Of a stretch of DNA of 41,920 nt, positions 8,476 to 17,900 are shown piece after piece. This stretch comes from Planctomycetota bacterium (lineage in GTDB: Bacteria > Planctomycetota > PLA2 > JAEUHO01). The stretch lies in the NCBI GenBank assembly GCA_029259795.1, contig JAJDEM010000044.1, positions 1 through 41,920 on the forward strand, read 5' to 3'. Position numbers and translations under genes: made by a program. Numbering within the stretch: position 1 is the stretch's first letter; the number at the start of each line of letters is the position of its first letter. The notes beneath the pieces were generated by a model that was not told where the DNA came from, did not search any database, and saw only the letters and a list, made by a program, of their open reading frames with translations.

Positions 8476-9698
8476 CCGGCGCTCGGCGCCTCGGGGGCCA
8501 GCGCCCGCCAGGCATCGAGGATCCCTCGCAACAGCGCGACGCGCCGGCCCGCCCGCCCCCGCTGCGGATCGTGGGTCGCCTCGATGCCGGCAGCGGCGGC
8601 GTGCGCCTCGATCGACCCCGCCTTGCGATTGGTCAGAAGGCGCGCGGTAGCGCTCAGGTCGAGGAACGGGCCGGGCAGCGTACCCCCGCAGTCCTGGAGC
8701 AGGCGCAGCGCGTGGTGGCCCCATGACGCCACGACATCCGTAGGCCGCAGGAAGTCCACGAACGCCGAGAGCATCTCCTCAACCGATCCTCCCGCGAGGA
8801 GCTCAGCGGCCGAGAACCCCACGTAGCCGGGGATGTTGGGCGCCAGCGGGTGACGAGGTGCCACAAGCGACGAGAGGTGCTCGCCCGTGCTGGGGCGCAG
8901 CGCCGTCCAGACGATCAGCTCGTCCCCAAACGCGCGCTCGGACGTGCCGTGCGGCCACGCGTTCGCGTCGGCCATGACGAGGACAAGGTCCTCGTAGCGA
9001 TCGCGGACTTCTACGGGCAGTCGCTCATGCGGCGTGAGCTTCGGACGGGTGCGCAGTCGGGGGACGCGCTTCTCCGGTGCGGCGGCTGTCTGCTGCGCTC
9101 GGATCTGTGCATCGACCATGGCATCCATCGGGCGACGCAGCGCACGGAAGCGCTCCGGCTCGCCTTCGATCGCGCCCAGGACATGCATGAGTGCCTCGAT
9201 CGTCGAGACGTACTCGTCGCAGGGCTCGCGCCGAATCCTGTAGTTGGACGGCTCCGGCGCATGGAACGCGTAGCACGGCAGCGCGGCCAGGCGCGGGTTG
9301 TCGCGCACGAGCGTCCGGGCCTGCGACCAGGTGCCGTCCACGACGACCAGGGTGACCGGCGCAGGCGGCGGCTCGCGCAGGATGTCGCGTGCATCCGGCC
9401 CCGGATAGAGCAGCACCGGCGGGCGGGTCGGGTCGGCACAGGCCGCCGCGAGCACGTCGCTCTCATCCCACGCCGTGCCGACATGCACACTCGCCTGCGG
9501 CAGGCAGAGGCTCGCCATGTGCGCCGTCCCGATCGGCATGCCGGCCTCGCGCGGGTGCTGGAGGATCACGATCCGTGAGCGTGTCTCGATCGTGGTGATG
9601 GCCGCGCAGTAGCAGACGCTCACAGGCCGCTCGCAGCGCGAGCACATGGCGCGCCCGGTCGTGGCTTCGGCAGGGGACGGGGGAGGGGTGGCGCTCAC
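8472..9698 (-). CDS. DTW-domain tRNA-uridine aminocarboxypropyltransferase (TapT/YfiP-like) with a C-terminal extra domain
   Basis: N-terminal CSRC...CYC, LQHPRE, LLYP, VVDGTW (DxTW), YRIR, STIEA, followed by a ~180-aa C-terminal extension. Confidence 0.85.
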   Translation of the reverse strand: MSATPPPSPAEATTGRAMCSRCERPVSVCYCAAITTIETRSRIVILQHPREAGMPIGTAHMASLCLPQASVHVGTAWDESDVLAAACADPTRPPVLLYPGPDARDILREPPPAPVTLVVVDGTWSQARTLVRDNPRLAALPCYAFHAPEPSNYRIRREPCDEYVSTIEALMHVLGAIEGEPERFRALRRPMDAMVDAQIRAQQTAAAPEKRVPRLRTRPKLTPHERLPVEVRDRYEDLVLVMADANAWPHGTSERAFGDELIVWTALRPSTGEHLSSLVAPRHPLAPNIPGYVGFSAAELLAGGSVEEMLSAFVDFLRPTDVVASWGHHALRLLQDCGGTLPGPFLDLSATARLLTNRKAGSIEAHAAAAGIEATHDPQRGRAGRRVALLRGILDAWRALAPEAPSAG

Positions 9699-9707
9699 GC
9701 CCTCAGC

Positions 9708-10178
9708 CTAGCGACGGCGCGTACCGCTGGCCTTCTTCGCAGCCTTCTTCGCAGCCTTCTTCTTCGCGCGCTTCTTCGTGGCGGCCTTCTTCTTGGCCGC
9801 CTTCTTCCTGGCGGCCTTCTTCTTGGCGGCCTTCTTCTTGGCGGGCCCGGCAGCGCTCAGCGCATAGCTCTCGTCCAGCCACTTCGTCCAGAGCGCCTTC
9901 GGCATGGGCGACGCCGCGCTGAAGCGTGCCGTCACCCAGGCTGTACTCCCGACCTGGAAGTCCTCGGGTGCCCGCTTGGCCAAGCGCTCGGCCTCTGTCC
10001 GGGAACGCCCCAGCTTGAACATCGCCTTGCAGCGACCGCCCTGCATGCCGACGTAGAGGAACGCCTGCTTGCCCGTCTTGAACGAGCTCTGGGTACAGGA
10101 CGTCCCCTGATCGACGCCGGGATAGCGACTCGCCTTCAGGCGCATCGGCTCCGTCGGATCCTTCTTGCTTGCAGCCAC
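9708..10178 (-). CDS. MmcQ/YjbR-like protein with a Lys/Ala-rich histone-H1-like tail
   Basis: GTG at 10178 with a GGAGG SD. YjbR-like features SFKTGKQAF, WVTARF, WLDESYAL. Tail begins AKKKAAKKKAARKK. Confidence 0.7.
   Translation of the reverse strand: MAASKKDPTEPMRLKASRYPGVDQGTSCTQSSFKTGKQAFLYVGMQGGRCKAMFKLGRSRTEAERLAKRAPEDFQVGSTAWVTARFSAASPMPKALWTKWLDESYALSAAGPAKKKAAKKKAARKKAAKKKAATKKRAKKKAAKKAAKKASGTRRR
9729..9842 (-). repeat. Coding tandem repeat (AAKK/AKKK units)
   Basis: Repeated gccttcttc/gccttcttcttg units on the + strand encode the Lys/Ala tail. Confidence 0.85.
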
Positions 10179-10209
10179 GGAAGACGTCCTCCAAGGGGTT
10201 TGCGTGCGA

Positions 10210-10686
10210 TCAGCCCTCGCTCGGCGTGGCAAGGAACGCATCAAGCTTCCCCAACGCCGCCGTCCAGCCACCGCGAATGATATCCCGCAGCTCGACATCG
10301 CCCTCGACGGTCATGTCCGGGATGCCCGCGTGCACGAGACGGACCAACGTTCCGCCCTCCACCTCGGTGAAGTCGACGGTCACAAGCATGGTCTCGTCCG
10401 GTCCGGCCGGACTGCCCGACTCGAACGCCAGCCGCGCAGGCGGGTCGAACTCCGTAAGCGTCGCCGCGCCGGGGACCTCGCCGACACCCTCGATCGTCAT
10501 GTGGTGGCAGTACTGCCCACCGACCTGCGGCTCGATCTCCGAGCGGACCGACGTCGTCGCCGCACACCCCCACCACTGCTGGACCTTGCTCGTCTCGACC
10601 CACGCCTCGAACACCAACTCGCGCGGCGCCGGATACACCCGCGACACGATCAACTTGCCGTCTTCGAACGTCGTCTCTGTACTCAT
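10210..10686 (-). CDS. SRPBCC (AHSA1/START-like) domain protein
   Basis: VSRVYPAPRELVFEAW...QQWWG, EFDPPARLAF, GGTLVRLVH, GWTAALGKL. Overlaps the ArsR stop (ATGA coupling). Confidence 0.9.
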   Translation of the reverse strand: MSTETTFEDGKLIVSRVYPAPRELVFEAWVETSKVQQWWGCAATTSVRSEIEPQVGGQYCHHMTIEGVGEVPGAATLTEFDPPARLAFESGSPAGPDETMLVTVDFTEVEGGTLVRLVHAGIPDMTVEGDVELRDIIRGGWTAALGKLDAFLATPSEG

Positions 10687-11048
10687 CGCTTCTTCCTCTC
10701 CTGAGGGCTGGTCTGCTTGCGTGCTGCCGCGCCATGTGCCTTGAGGTACGTGTCCACGGCATCAAACTGCTGTTCCCAGGACCGCGCGTAGCGCCCGATC
10801 CAGGTGCTCGCCATCTCGATCGACCGCGGGTCCACGCGGATGCGGTGTTCGCGGCCCACGCGGGTCCGCTGGATCAGCCCCGCCTCCTCCAACACACGCA
10901 GGTGGCGCGAAATCGCCGGCTGGGACATGGCATACGGCTCAGCGAGTGCGCTCACGTTGGTCTCGCCTTCGGCGAGTTGCTGGAGCATGCCCCGGCGGGT
11001 CGGGTCCGCCAGGGCGGAGAAGACGAGATCGAGGGGGGCCTTTTGCAT
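10683..11048 (-). CDS. ArsR/SmtB family transcriptional regulator
   Basis: FSALADPTRR, SQPAISRHLRVLEEAGLI, GRE. ATG at 11048 preferred over the ORF-track start. Confidence 0.92.
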   Translation of the reverse strand: MQKAPLDLVFSALADPTRRGMLQQLAEGETNVSALAEPYAMSQPAISRHLRVLEEAGLIQRTRVGREHRIRVDPRSIEMASTWIGRYARSWEQQFDAVDTYLKAHGAAARKQTSPQERKKR

Positions 11049-11086
11049 AACCAACAGGCTATATGACAGCTCGAGGCGCTCGTCAA
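11047..11086 (-). promoter_or_regulatory. Sigma70-like promoter and overlapping imperfect palindromic operator of the ArsR gene
   Basis: TTGACG (11086-11081)-N17-TATAGC (11063-11058). Inverted repeat ATAACC-N4-GGCTAT (11047-11062) overlaps the -10 box and the start codon. Confidence 0.6.
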
Positions 11087-11179
11087 GCCTGCGCTCCGCG
11101 ACCGCGCAGCAACACAATCTGCTACCCGGCCCGGGGCCTGCCGGGGATGATCCGAGGTCCACCTCAGCACGGAGGCTCC

Positions 11180-11755
11180 ATGCCTAACATCCTCGCGTTC
11201 GCCGGCAGCACCCGCACGGACTCCTACAACAAGCGTGTCGTCGCCGTTGCAGCCGAAGCCGCGCGCGCCGCCGGTGCGGAGGTCGAGGTGATCGACTTGC
11301 GCGACTTCCCGATGCCGCTGCTGGACGAGGACGAGGAGCGCGCGAACGGCAAGCCCCCCGCCGCTCTGGCCCTGAAGGCGAAGATGGCCGCCAGCGACGG
11401 CTTCCTGATCAGCTCGCCTGAGTACAACGGTGGGATCACGGGAGTCCTCAAGAACACGCTCGACTGGGTGTCCCGACCGGACGAGGGCGACGCGCCGCGC
11501 AGCATGCCGGCGTTCCAGGGCAAGACCGTCGTCTTGATGAGTGCCTCGCCGGGCGGACTCGGCGGCCTGCGCGCGCTGTTTCACGTGCGCGACATCCTCT
11601 CGGGCGTTGGCTGCGTCGTCCTGCCGCAGCAGGTGGCTGTCTCGGCGGCGTACAAGGAGTTCGACGAGGATGGCGCGATGAAGGCAGACGGCTTCCGCCC
11701 GCGCATCGAAGCGCTGGGCACCACCCTCGCGGAATACCTCACGCGGCACGCGTGA
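11180..11755 (+). CDS. NAD(P)H-dependent FMN reductase (SsuE/ChrR-like flavodoxin fold)
   Basis: GGAGG SD and ATG at 11180; GSTRTDSYN, SPEYNG, LKNTLDWVSR, SASPGGLGG. Confidence 0.93.
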   Translation: MPNILAFAGSTRTDSYNKRVVAVAAEAARAAGAEVEVIDLRDFPMPLLDEDEERANGKPPAALALKAKMAASDGFLISSPEYNGGITGVLKNTLDWVSRPDEGDAPRSMPAFQGKTVVLMSASPGGLGGLRALFHVRDILSGVGCVVLPQQVAVSAAYKEFDEDGAMKADGFRPRIEALGTTLAEYLTRHA

Positions 11756-11786
11756 GCGACGACACGCCTCGCGCGTCTGAGTTGAG

Positions 11787-13463
11787 CTAGGAGGCCGCGA
11801 CCGCGAGAGCCTCGAGCTCACGCGCAACCGCACTGGCATCGGAGGGCCGCAGCGCCGGATCCGACGCGAGGAGACGCATCGTCAGGTCGCGCAGTGCTGC
11901 AGGGTGCTCATTGCCGAGCGGAGGCGGCGGCGCGTTCCGCACGGTCGTAATCGAGTAGATCGACTCCCCCGGCGGATACGGCAACGCGCCGGCCATCAAC
12001 TCGTAGAGGATCGTGCCAAGCGCGTAGAGATCGGCGGCCGACGTCGCAACGGACCCTGCGAACTGCTCCGGCGCCATGTAGAGCGGTGTCCCTGCCAGCT
12101 GCCCCGTCATCGTGAGGCGCGTCGCCTTGTCCTGACGAGCGATACCGAAGTCGGCGATGACGGCGCGCTCGCCTGCTGCGACCAGCACATTGTGTGGCTT
12201 CAGGTCGCGATGCACGATGCCCGCCGCGTGGATGGCCTCGAGTCCACGGGCGATCCCGGCGCCCAAGGACGCCACGCGATCCGGTGCAAAGGAGCCCTCG
12301 CGCAGGAGCAACGTCGCCAGATCCGGACCGCCGATGAAGTCCATGACGACATACGGCGTGCCGTTCTCCTCCCCCACACCGCGGATTCCGACCACGTTCT
12401 CGTGGTCGATCTGCTGCATCGCGCGCGCTTCACGCAGGAAGCGCTCGAACGCGTCGTTGTCCTCGCGATGCTCCGGCTTCAGGGCCTTGACGGCGAGCGG
12501 CGCCCCCTCGCTGCACGCACTGTGGGCGCGCAGAACGACGCCGAAGGCGCCAGCGCCATGCCGACCGACGATCTCAAGACCATCTGGGCAGTCGCTGGGA
12601 AACAGGCGCGAGCCCGTCTGGAAGCCCGAAGGAATCTCGGCGGCGTGCCGCTGGTGGATCTCGACGAGGAGCATCCCGAGCGACGCGGCACTGCCCTTGC
12701 GTTCCGCAGGGTCGGCCTCCAGCGCATCGACAAGTCGACTGAGCAGTGCCTGGGGGACATCCGGACTGAGCGTGTGCAGATCCAGCAGCGGCGCGGCATC
12801 ACGGGCGCGCTGGGTCGCCACCTCCTCATCGTCCCCGCCCCGCGGATAGCGACCGGTGAGCCAGTAGAAGATCGTCGCGGCCAGTCCGTAGACGTCCGAC
12901 GCCGTCGTCGGCCGCTCGCCGCCGAACTCCTCGGGTGCGGTGAATGGGGAGAGGCCGAGCACCGCCGGACGCAGGGGCCAGATGCCTGCGTGCAGGTCGG
13001 CCGCCTTCACGAGATTCAGCAAGAAGGCGTGGCCACGGTCGCTCACCGAGACCCAGCGCGGGGACACCTTGCCGTGGACGTAGCCCTCGGCATGGATGTG
13101 GGCCAGCGCGTCGGCGACCTGCGCACCCAGGCGAGCGGCCTCCCCGACCGGCAGGCGGCCGTCCTCCGAGACGATGTCGCTGGTCAGCCGAATCTTGTCG
13201 TACTCATGCACCGACCAGAGGGCGCCGTCGTGCTCGAACACGTCAATCGCCCGGTGGATGTGCGGGTGCCGCAGCGCCGCGGCCAGACGCTGCTCGCGAT
13301 AGAAGGTCTCATGAACGTCCTGGCCGCGGGCCGGGTCGATGCTCAGCCGGCGCAGCATGACATCGCTGCCCAGGATGAGGTTCTTCCCCAGGAAGAAGGT
13401 GCTCGGGGGGCTGACGGTGATCGCCTCGCCCAGTTCGTAGCTCTCGATACCCACGAACGGCAT
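11787..13463 (-). CDS. Hanks-type Ser/Thr kinase with an N-terminal degenerate kinase domain and a C-terminal intact kinase domain
   Basis: C-terminal domain has GAGAFG, AVK, FLRE, HRDLKPHN, DFG, GTPLYMAPE, DLYALG. N-terminal domain has FYREQ..LRHPHI, HGKVSPRW, APEE, DVYGL. Confidence 0.9.
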   Translation of the reverse strand: MPFVGIESYELGEAITVSPPSTFFLGKNLILGSDVMLRRLSIDPARGQDVHETFYREQRLAAALRHPHIHRAIDVFEHDGALWSVHEYDKIRLTSDIVSEDGRLPVGEAARLGAQVADALAHIHAEGYVHGKVSPRWVSVSDRGHAFLLNLVKAADLHAGIWPLRPAVLGLSPFTAPEEFGGERPTTASDVYGLAATIFYWLTGRYPRGGDDEEVATQRARDAAPLLDLHTLSPDVPQALLSRLVDALEADPAERKGSAASLGMLLVEIHQRHAAEIPSGFQTGSRLFPSDCPDGLEIVGRHGAGAFGVVLRAHSACSEGAPLAVKALKPEHREDNDAFERFLREARAMQQIDHENVVGIRGVGEENGTPYVVMDFIGGPDLATLLLREGSFAPDRVASLGAGIARGLEAIHAAGIVHRDLKPHNVLVAAGERAVIADFGIARQDKATRLTMTGQLAGTPLYMAPEQFAGSVATSAADLYALGTILYELMAGALPYPPGESIYSITTVRNAPPPPLGNEHPAALRDLTMRLLASDPALRPSDASAVARELEALAVAAS

Positions 13464-13546
13464 CCTCACACGAGGCCTCGGGCCGGGCAACCGGCGTCCC
13501 CTGCTCCCTCACCGATGCCACGAGGTCCTTCGAGGTTTCACCCGAA

Positions 13547-14755
13547 TCAGGGAGCCGACCGCTTGACGGTGAGGCCGGCGCGACCCGCCATCAGCGGCTC
13601 GCGATAGCGCCCGTCGCCCTTCAGGGCGTAGTTGAGGAACGCCGTTGACCGCTCGACGAGGAGCAGCGTCGCCTCGCGGGGGCCAAGCATGTGGGTCATC
13701 CCCTTGACCACCAAGAGGAAGCGCTCGCCGGGCGCCTGCTTGTAGGCCGCCGTTGCGGCAGCGAGGAACTGATCCTGATCGCCGATGATCAGGCACGCCG
13801 GAGAGGTGGCCTTGCCTTCGACCGCCTCACCGGGCCCCGACGGCGCCAGCGCGAGACAGGCGCGCACCCGCTGATCGGTGCGGGCGCTGCGCAAGGCCGC
13901 ATTCCCGCCGCGCGAGTGGCCCGCGACCGCCAGCCGCTTGAGATCGACGAGCCCCTTCAGCGGCGAGCCCTCCCGCGCCGCCTCCGTCGTAAGCCAGTCC
14001 ATGACGGTGCCGAACTTCCCGGCGCGCTTGGCCGCGGACCTGTCGTTGAACGCAACGATCACGGTAATGTAGCCCCACGTGGCAAACCACCGGCCGTAGG
14101 GTCGGTAGCCCTGGGCACTGGCCGCGTCGCCCCCGGGGGAGAACACGATGGCCGGATACGGGCCCGCGCCATCCGGATGATGGACCTGCGCCGCCATCCC
14201 CTCGATCGTCGCGTCGTACTGGCGAAGCCCCAGCCCGCCGCCCTTGCCAGGGTGCTTCAACTCGACGCCGACGTCGCCCGAAACAAACGGCTTCCAGCCC
14301 TTGCCGGCGTCCACGTGCACGGCGTAGGTGAAACCTGACTTCGCCTTCTTGGTGAAGGTGTAGCGCCAGCGTTCGTCGGTCTCGCCTTCGTGCGCGGTCT
14401 CCTCGAACGTCACGACGCCCTGCGCATCGACGGCGCCTGTGTAGACGCGCAGCACGCCCTTGGCCCACTGGCGCATGCGGAGTGCCTTGCTCTTGGCGTC
14501 CCAGGAGATCACGCGGAGATCCTCGTGGACCGTACGCCCCTGCATCGTGCTCTTGGTGCGGATCTCGATCACGGACTTGGCAAGCCCGTACGCTCCGACC
14601 TGGGTCTCGTCGTAGGCGCCGTAGGGGTGCTTGCCCGCACCGGTGAACTCGCCAACGAAGAATGCGACGGGGGCGAGCGGATCGTCGGGGGATCCGACAG
14701 CGAGTGTTGCGTTGCCAAGGAGCAAGCCAAGTGCGAGTACATGCCAGGTCTTCAT
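13547..14755 (-). CDS. Secreted two-domain protein: N-terminal beta-rich domain plus chlorophyllase/cutinase-like alpha/beta hydrolase
   Basis: Signal peptide MKTWHVLALGLLLGNA; GPYPAIVFSPG; nucleophile motif GHSRGG; GDQD; GMTH. Confidence 0.8.
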   Translation of the reverse strand: MKTWHVLALGLLLGNATLAVGSPDDPLAPVAFFVGEFTGAGKHPYGAYDETQVGAYGLAKSVIEIRTKSTMQGRTVHEDLRVISWDAKSKALRMRQWAKGVLRVYTGAVDAQGVVTFEETAHEGETDERWRYTFTKKAKSGFTYAVHVDAGKGWKPFVSGDVGVELKHPGKGGGLGLRQYDATIEGMAAQVHHPDGAGPYPAIVFSPGGDAASAQGYRPYGRWFATWGYITVIVAFNDRSAAKRAGKFGTVMDWLTTEAAREGSPLKGLVDLKRLAVAGHSRGGNAALRSARTDQRVRACLALAPSGPGEAVEGKATSPACLIIGDQDQFLAAATAAYKQAPGERFLLVVKGMTHMLGPREATLLLVERSTAFLNYALKGDGRYREPLMAGRAGLTVKRSAP

Positions 14756-14976
14756 CGAGGGTCTCCCTTGGGGGCATCCAGCGCCGACATCAGGCCCGAG
14801 AGCCTGCTTCGCAGGACGCTCGTCCGGCGGCTCGAAGGATAGCCGCACGCCTGGGCGTCGGTGCGGCAGAGAGCTACGGGGTACGCTCGCGGGGCTTGAG
14901 GCTTTCGGCCCAGATACGGCAGCGCATCCAAGCCGTAGGACGCGATCCCGTGGCGCACTCTTCCGCTCGCTCGGAA

Positions 14977-17900
14977 TCAGCCGAGCAGAAGTTCCAGATC
15001 CGCGCGCGTGATCCCGCGCAGCGGCGCATCGTTCACCCCGCCGAGAACGGCTTGGACCAGCTCGCGCTTGCGCGCCTGCAGCTGAAGGACGCGATCCTCC
15101 ACGGTGTCCTCACCGATCAGGCGGTAGACGGTGACCGGGTTCTGCTGCCCCATGCGGTGGGCCCGGCCCACGGCCTGTGCCTCGACAGCGGGGTTCCACC
15201 AGGGGTCGAGAATGAAGACGTACTGCGCGGCCGTCAGGTTGAGCCCGGTACCACCGGCCTTGAGGCTGATCAGGAACGTCGTGACATCCGGATCTTCCTG
15301 GAACCGATCGATGCTCTCGCCCCGCTTGGTCGTCTTGCCGTCGAGGTACTCGTAGCGGATGCTCAGCTCGTCGAGCCGGTCGCGAACGATCGCGAGGAAC
15401 GACGTGAACTGCGAGAAGACCAGCGCCTTGTGCCCGGCGTCGGCGATCTCCTCGAGCATGGGCAGCAGCAACTCGAGCTTGGCCGCCGTCTCGGAGACAC
15501 GCTGCTTGTCGATGAGCCCGGGGTGGCAGGCCGCCTGACGCAGCCTGAGCAGGGCCTCGAGGACGTGCATCTTGGACTTGCCAAGGCCCGAGTTGTCGAC
15601 CTTGCTCAGCACGCTCGCGCGATAGTGCTCGCGGATGCCGTCATAGGCCTGGCGCTGCTCGGGCTGGAGCGCGCAGCGCAAGACCTGCTCCTCGAGCTCG
15701 GGCAGCTCGGTGAGGACCTGCTCGCGGGTCCGTCGCAGGATCACGGGGCGCAACGCGGCTTGCAGCCACGCGATGCGCTCCAGGGAGGGCTTGCCGGTGC
15801 TGCCGAGCAAGGCCTGGAACTCCCGCTTCGTTCCGAGCAAGCCCGGATTGAGGAACGCGAACAAGGAGCCGAGCTCTTCAAGGTGGTTCTCGATCGGCGT
15901 GCCCGAGAGGGCGAGCCTGTGCTTGGCGTCGAGCTGCCGCGCGGCCCGGGCGGTCTTGCTCGTTGCGTTCTTGATGGCCTGGGATTCGTCGAGCACCGCG
16001 TAGTCGAGCGGGATGTCGGCGAGGATCTTGATGTCGCGGCGCATCGTGCCGTAGGTCGTGACGATCAGATCGAGCTTGCTGACATCCTTCAGGGTGTCGG
16101 CCCGGCTCGGCCCGTGATAGCTCGCAACCCTGAGGGCGGGCGCGAAGCGCTCGGCCTCACGAACCCAGTTCGACATGACCGAGCGCGGCGCGACGACGAG
16201 GCTCGGCCCGCGCCGGTCCTTTGCCCGGCGCCGCGGCAACAGGCAGGCAAGAACCTGCACCGTCTTGCCAAGGCCCATGTCATCAGCAAGGCAGCCGCCC
16301 AGGCCCGCCTCGCGCAGGAACGCAAGCCAGCCCAACGCCTCGCGCTGGTAGTCGCGCAGCGTGCCTTCGAAGCTCTTGCTCTCGCGGCGCGCGCGTACGC
16401 CCTTGAAGCCAGCGAGCGTCTCGCGGAGCGCCTCGAAGTCGGCGTCGACCTGCACGTTGGCGAGGTCGTCGAGCAGTATGTCGAGCAGCGGGGCCCGGGC
16501 CCGCGCAACGCGTAGATTCTCCCCCGCCACGGGTGTGGCGGAGAGGGCGCCGAGCGCCTCGAGCCTGGAGATCCACTCCGGCGGTAGCAGGGCCGCTCCG
16601 CCGCCCGCGAGTTCGACGAAGCCGCGACCAGCCCGCACGGCCTGCAGGATGGCGGGCAACGGCAACGCCTCCTGATCGAAGGTCACCTCGCCATCGATGT
16701 CGAACCAGTCGATGCCAGAGCTGACGCGCACGGCCAAGGACCCACCGGACTTCACCGCGCGGCTCTCGACGCGCACGGCCCAGCCCGCTTCGATGAGTCG
16801 CGTGCAGCGCCGTGCAAGGTCTTCGACCGGCATGAGGTAGGGACGCTCGGCCCAGGCGGGGCCGCTCCGGATGCAGCCTTGCTCCGTGAGGGAGGCGAGC
16901 AGGGCCCCTTCGCCTTCGTCGTTGCGCCGCAAGATCCTCGGGATGTCTTCCCGCGTCGTCAGGTAGCGGCTCGGGTCCGCGGCCGAGACGAGCACGTCTC
17001 CGTAGGTGAAGGTCACCGTGCCTTCGGCATGCGGCCCCGGCGGCAGCGAGAGGTCCAGCGAACCGAGGGGCGCCTCGCTCGGCTCCGCCAGCTCACCCAA
17101 CTCGAGCGGGACGCCCCGGGCGACGCTCATCAGGGACTCGAGGAATGCGCCGACGTCTTCGCCGCGGACCTGCATCGCGCCGTCCTCACGCAGGTTGCTG
17201 ACCCAGTCCGAGGCACCGGCGTCGTCGAACGGGCCGACGCCGTCATCGAGAATGGCGATCCCGCCGGGCAGGAGCAGCTGGGCCGCTTCGAGCGGTCGGC
17301 GATCCTCGCCACACACGAGTTCGGCCTCGAGTGAGACGGCGCGCGGATCGGCCGGATCCCCCGCGGGTCTGAGGTTCAGCTCGAAGCGCCACGGGGTCGT
17401 CGACCAGGTCAGCGGCCCACGCCAGTCCCCATCCGCGCCGCGGCAGTAGACCGGCACGATCCCCTGCACGGACTCAAGCGCCCGCGCGGCGTCACGGGGG
17501 GGCACATGGATCCTCGACTGCTCGTTCCAGCGCCAACCAAAGGCCTTGTCGTCGCCGACCTTCGCGATGCGGTAGAGCGCCAGCCGGACGTCCTTGGACA
17601 TCGTGCGGTACTTCTCGAGGGTCGACCACTTCGCCTCGGAGGCCTCGCCGTAGCCACCGCCCTTGCGCGCCTGCTTGCGGGTCAGCGAGAGCACGAGCCC
17701 ACTGTGGGTGACGCACTCGCGCGGGTCGATCCAGAGCTCGAAGAGCTGGGAGCGCGCGCCTTCGCGCCCGACGATCTCCTCCTGGCGGCGGAGGGCCCCC
17801 TGCTCGAGATGGGCAAAGCGCATGCGCCACGACGGCGCCCGACCGCTGGTCAGCCCGCCCGCAGCGGCGGGATCCGCGAGGGAGGTCAGTTGCTCGCCGG

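Noticed and set aside
14842-14939. Hairpins GCCGCAC/GTGCGGC and TACGGC/GCCGTA, with TCCAAGCCGTAGG recurring near 27830
   Set aside because: No U-tract or known motif, and a 13-mer match is plausible by chance in 42 kb of GC-rich DNA.
14662-16515. Long antisense or alternate-frame ORFs (also 11904..13607, 24903..26315, 30393..32555, 33888..35915, 35059..37098)
   Set aside because: They shadow well-supported genes and have no motifs; such ORFs are expected at high GC.
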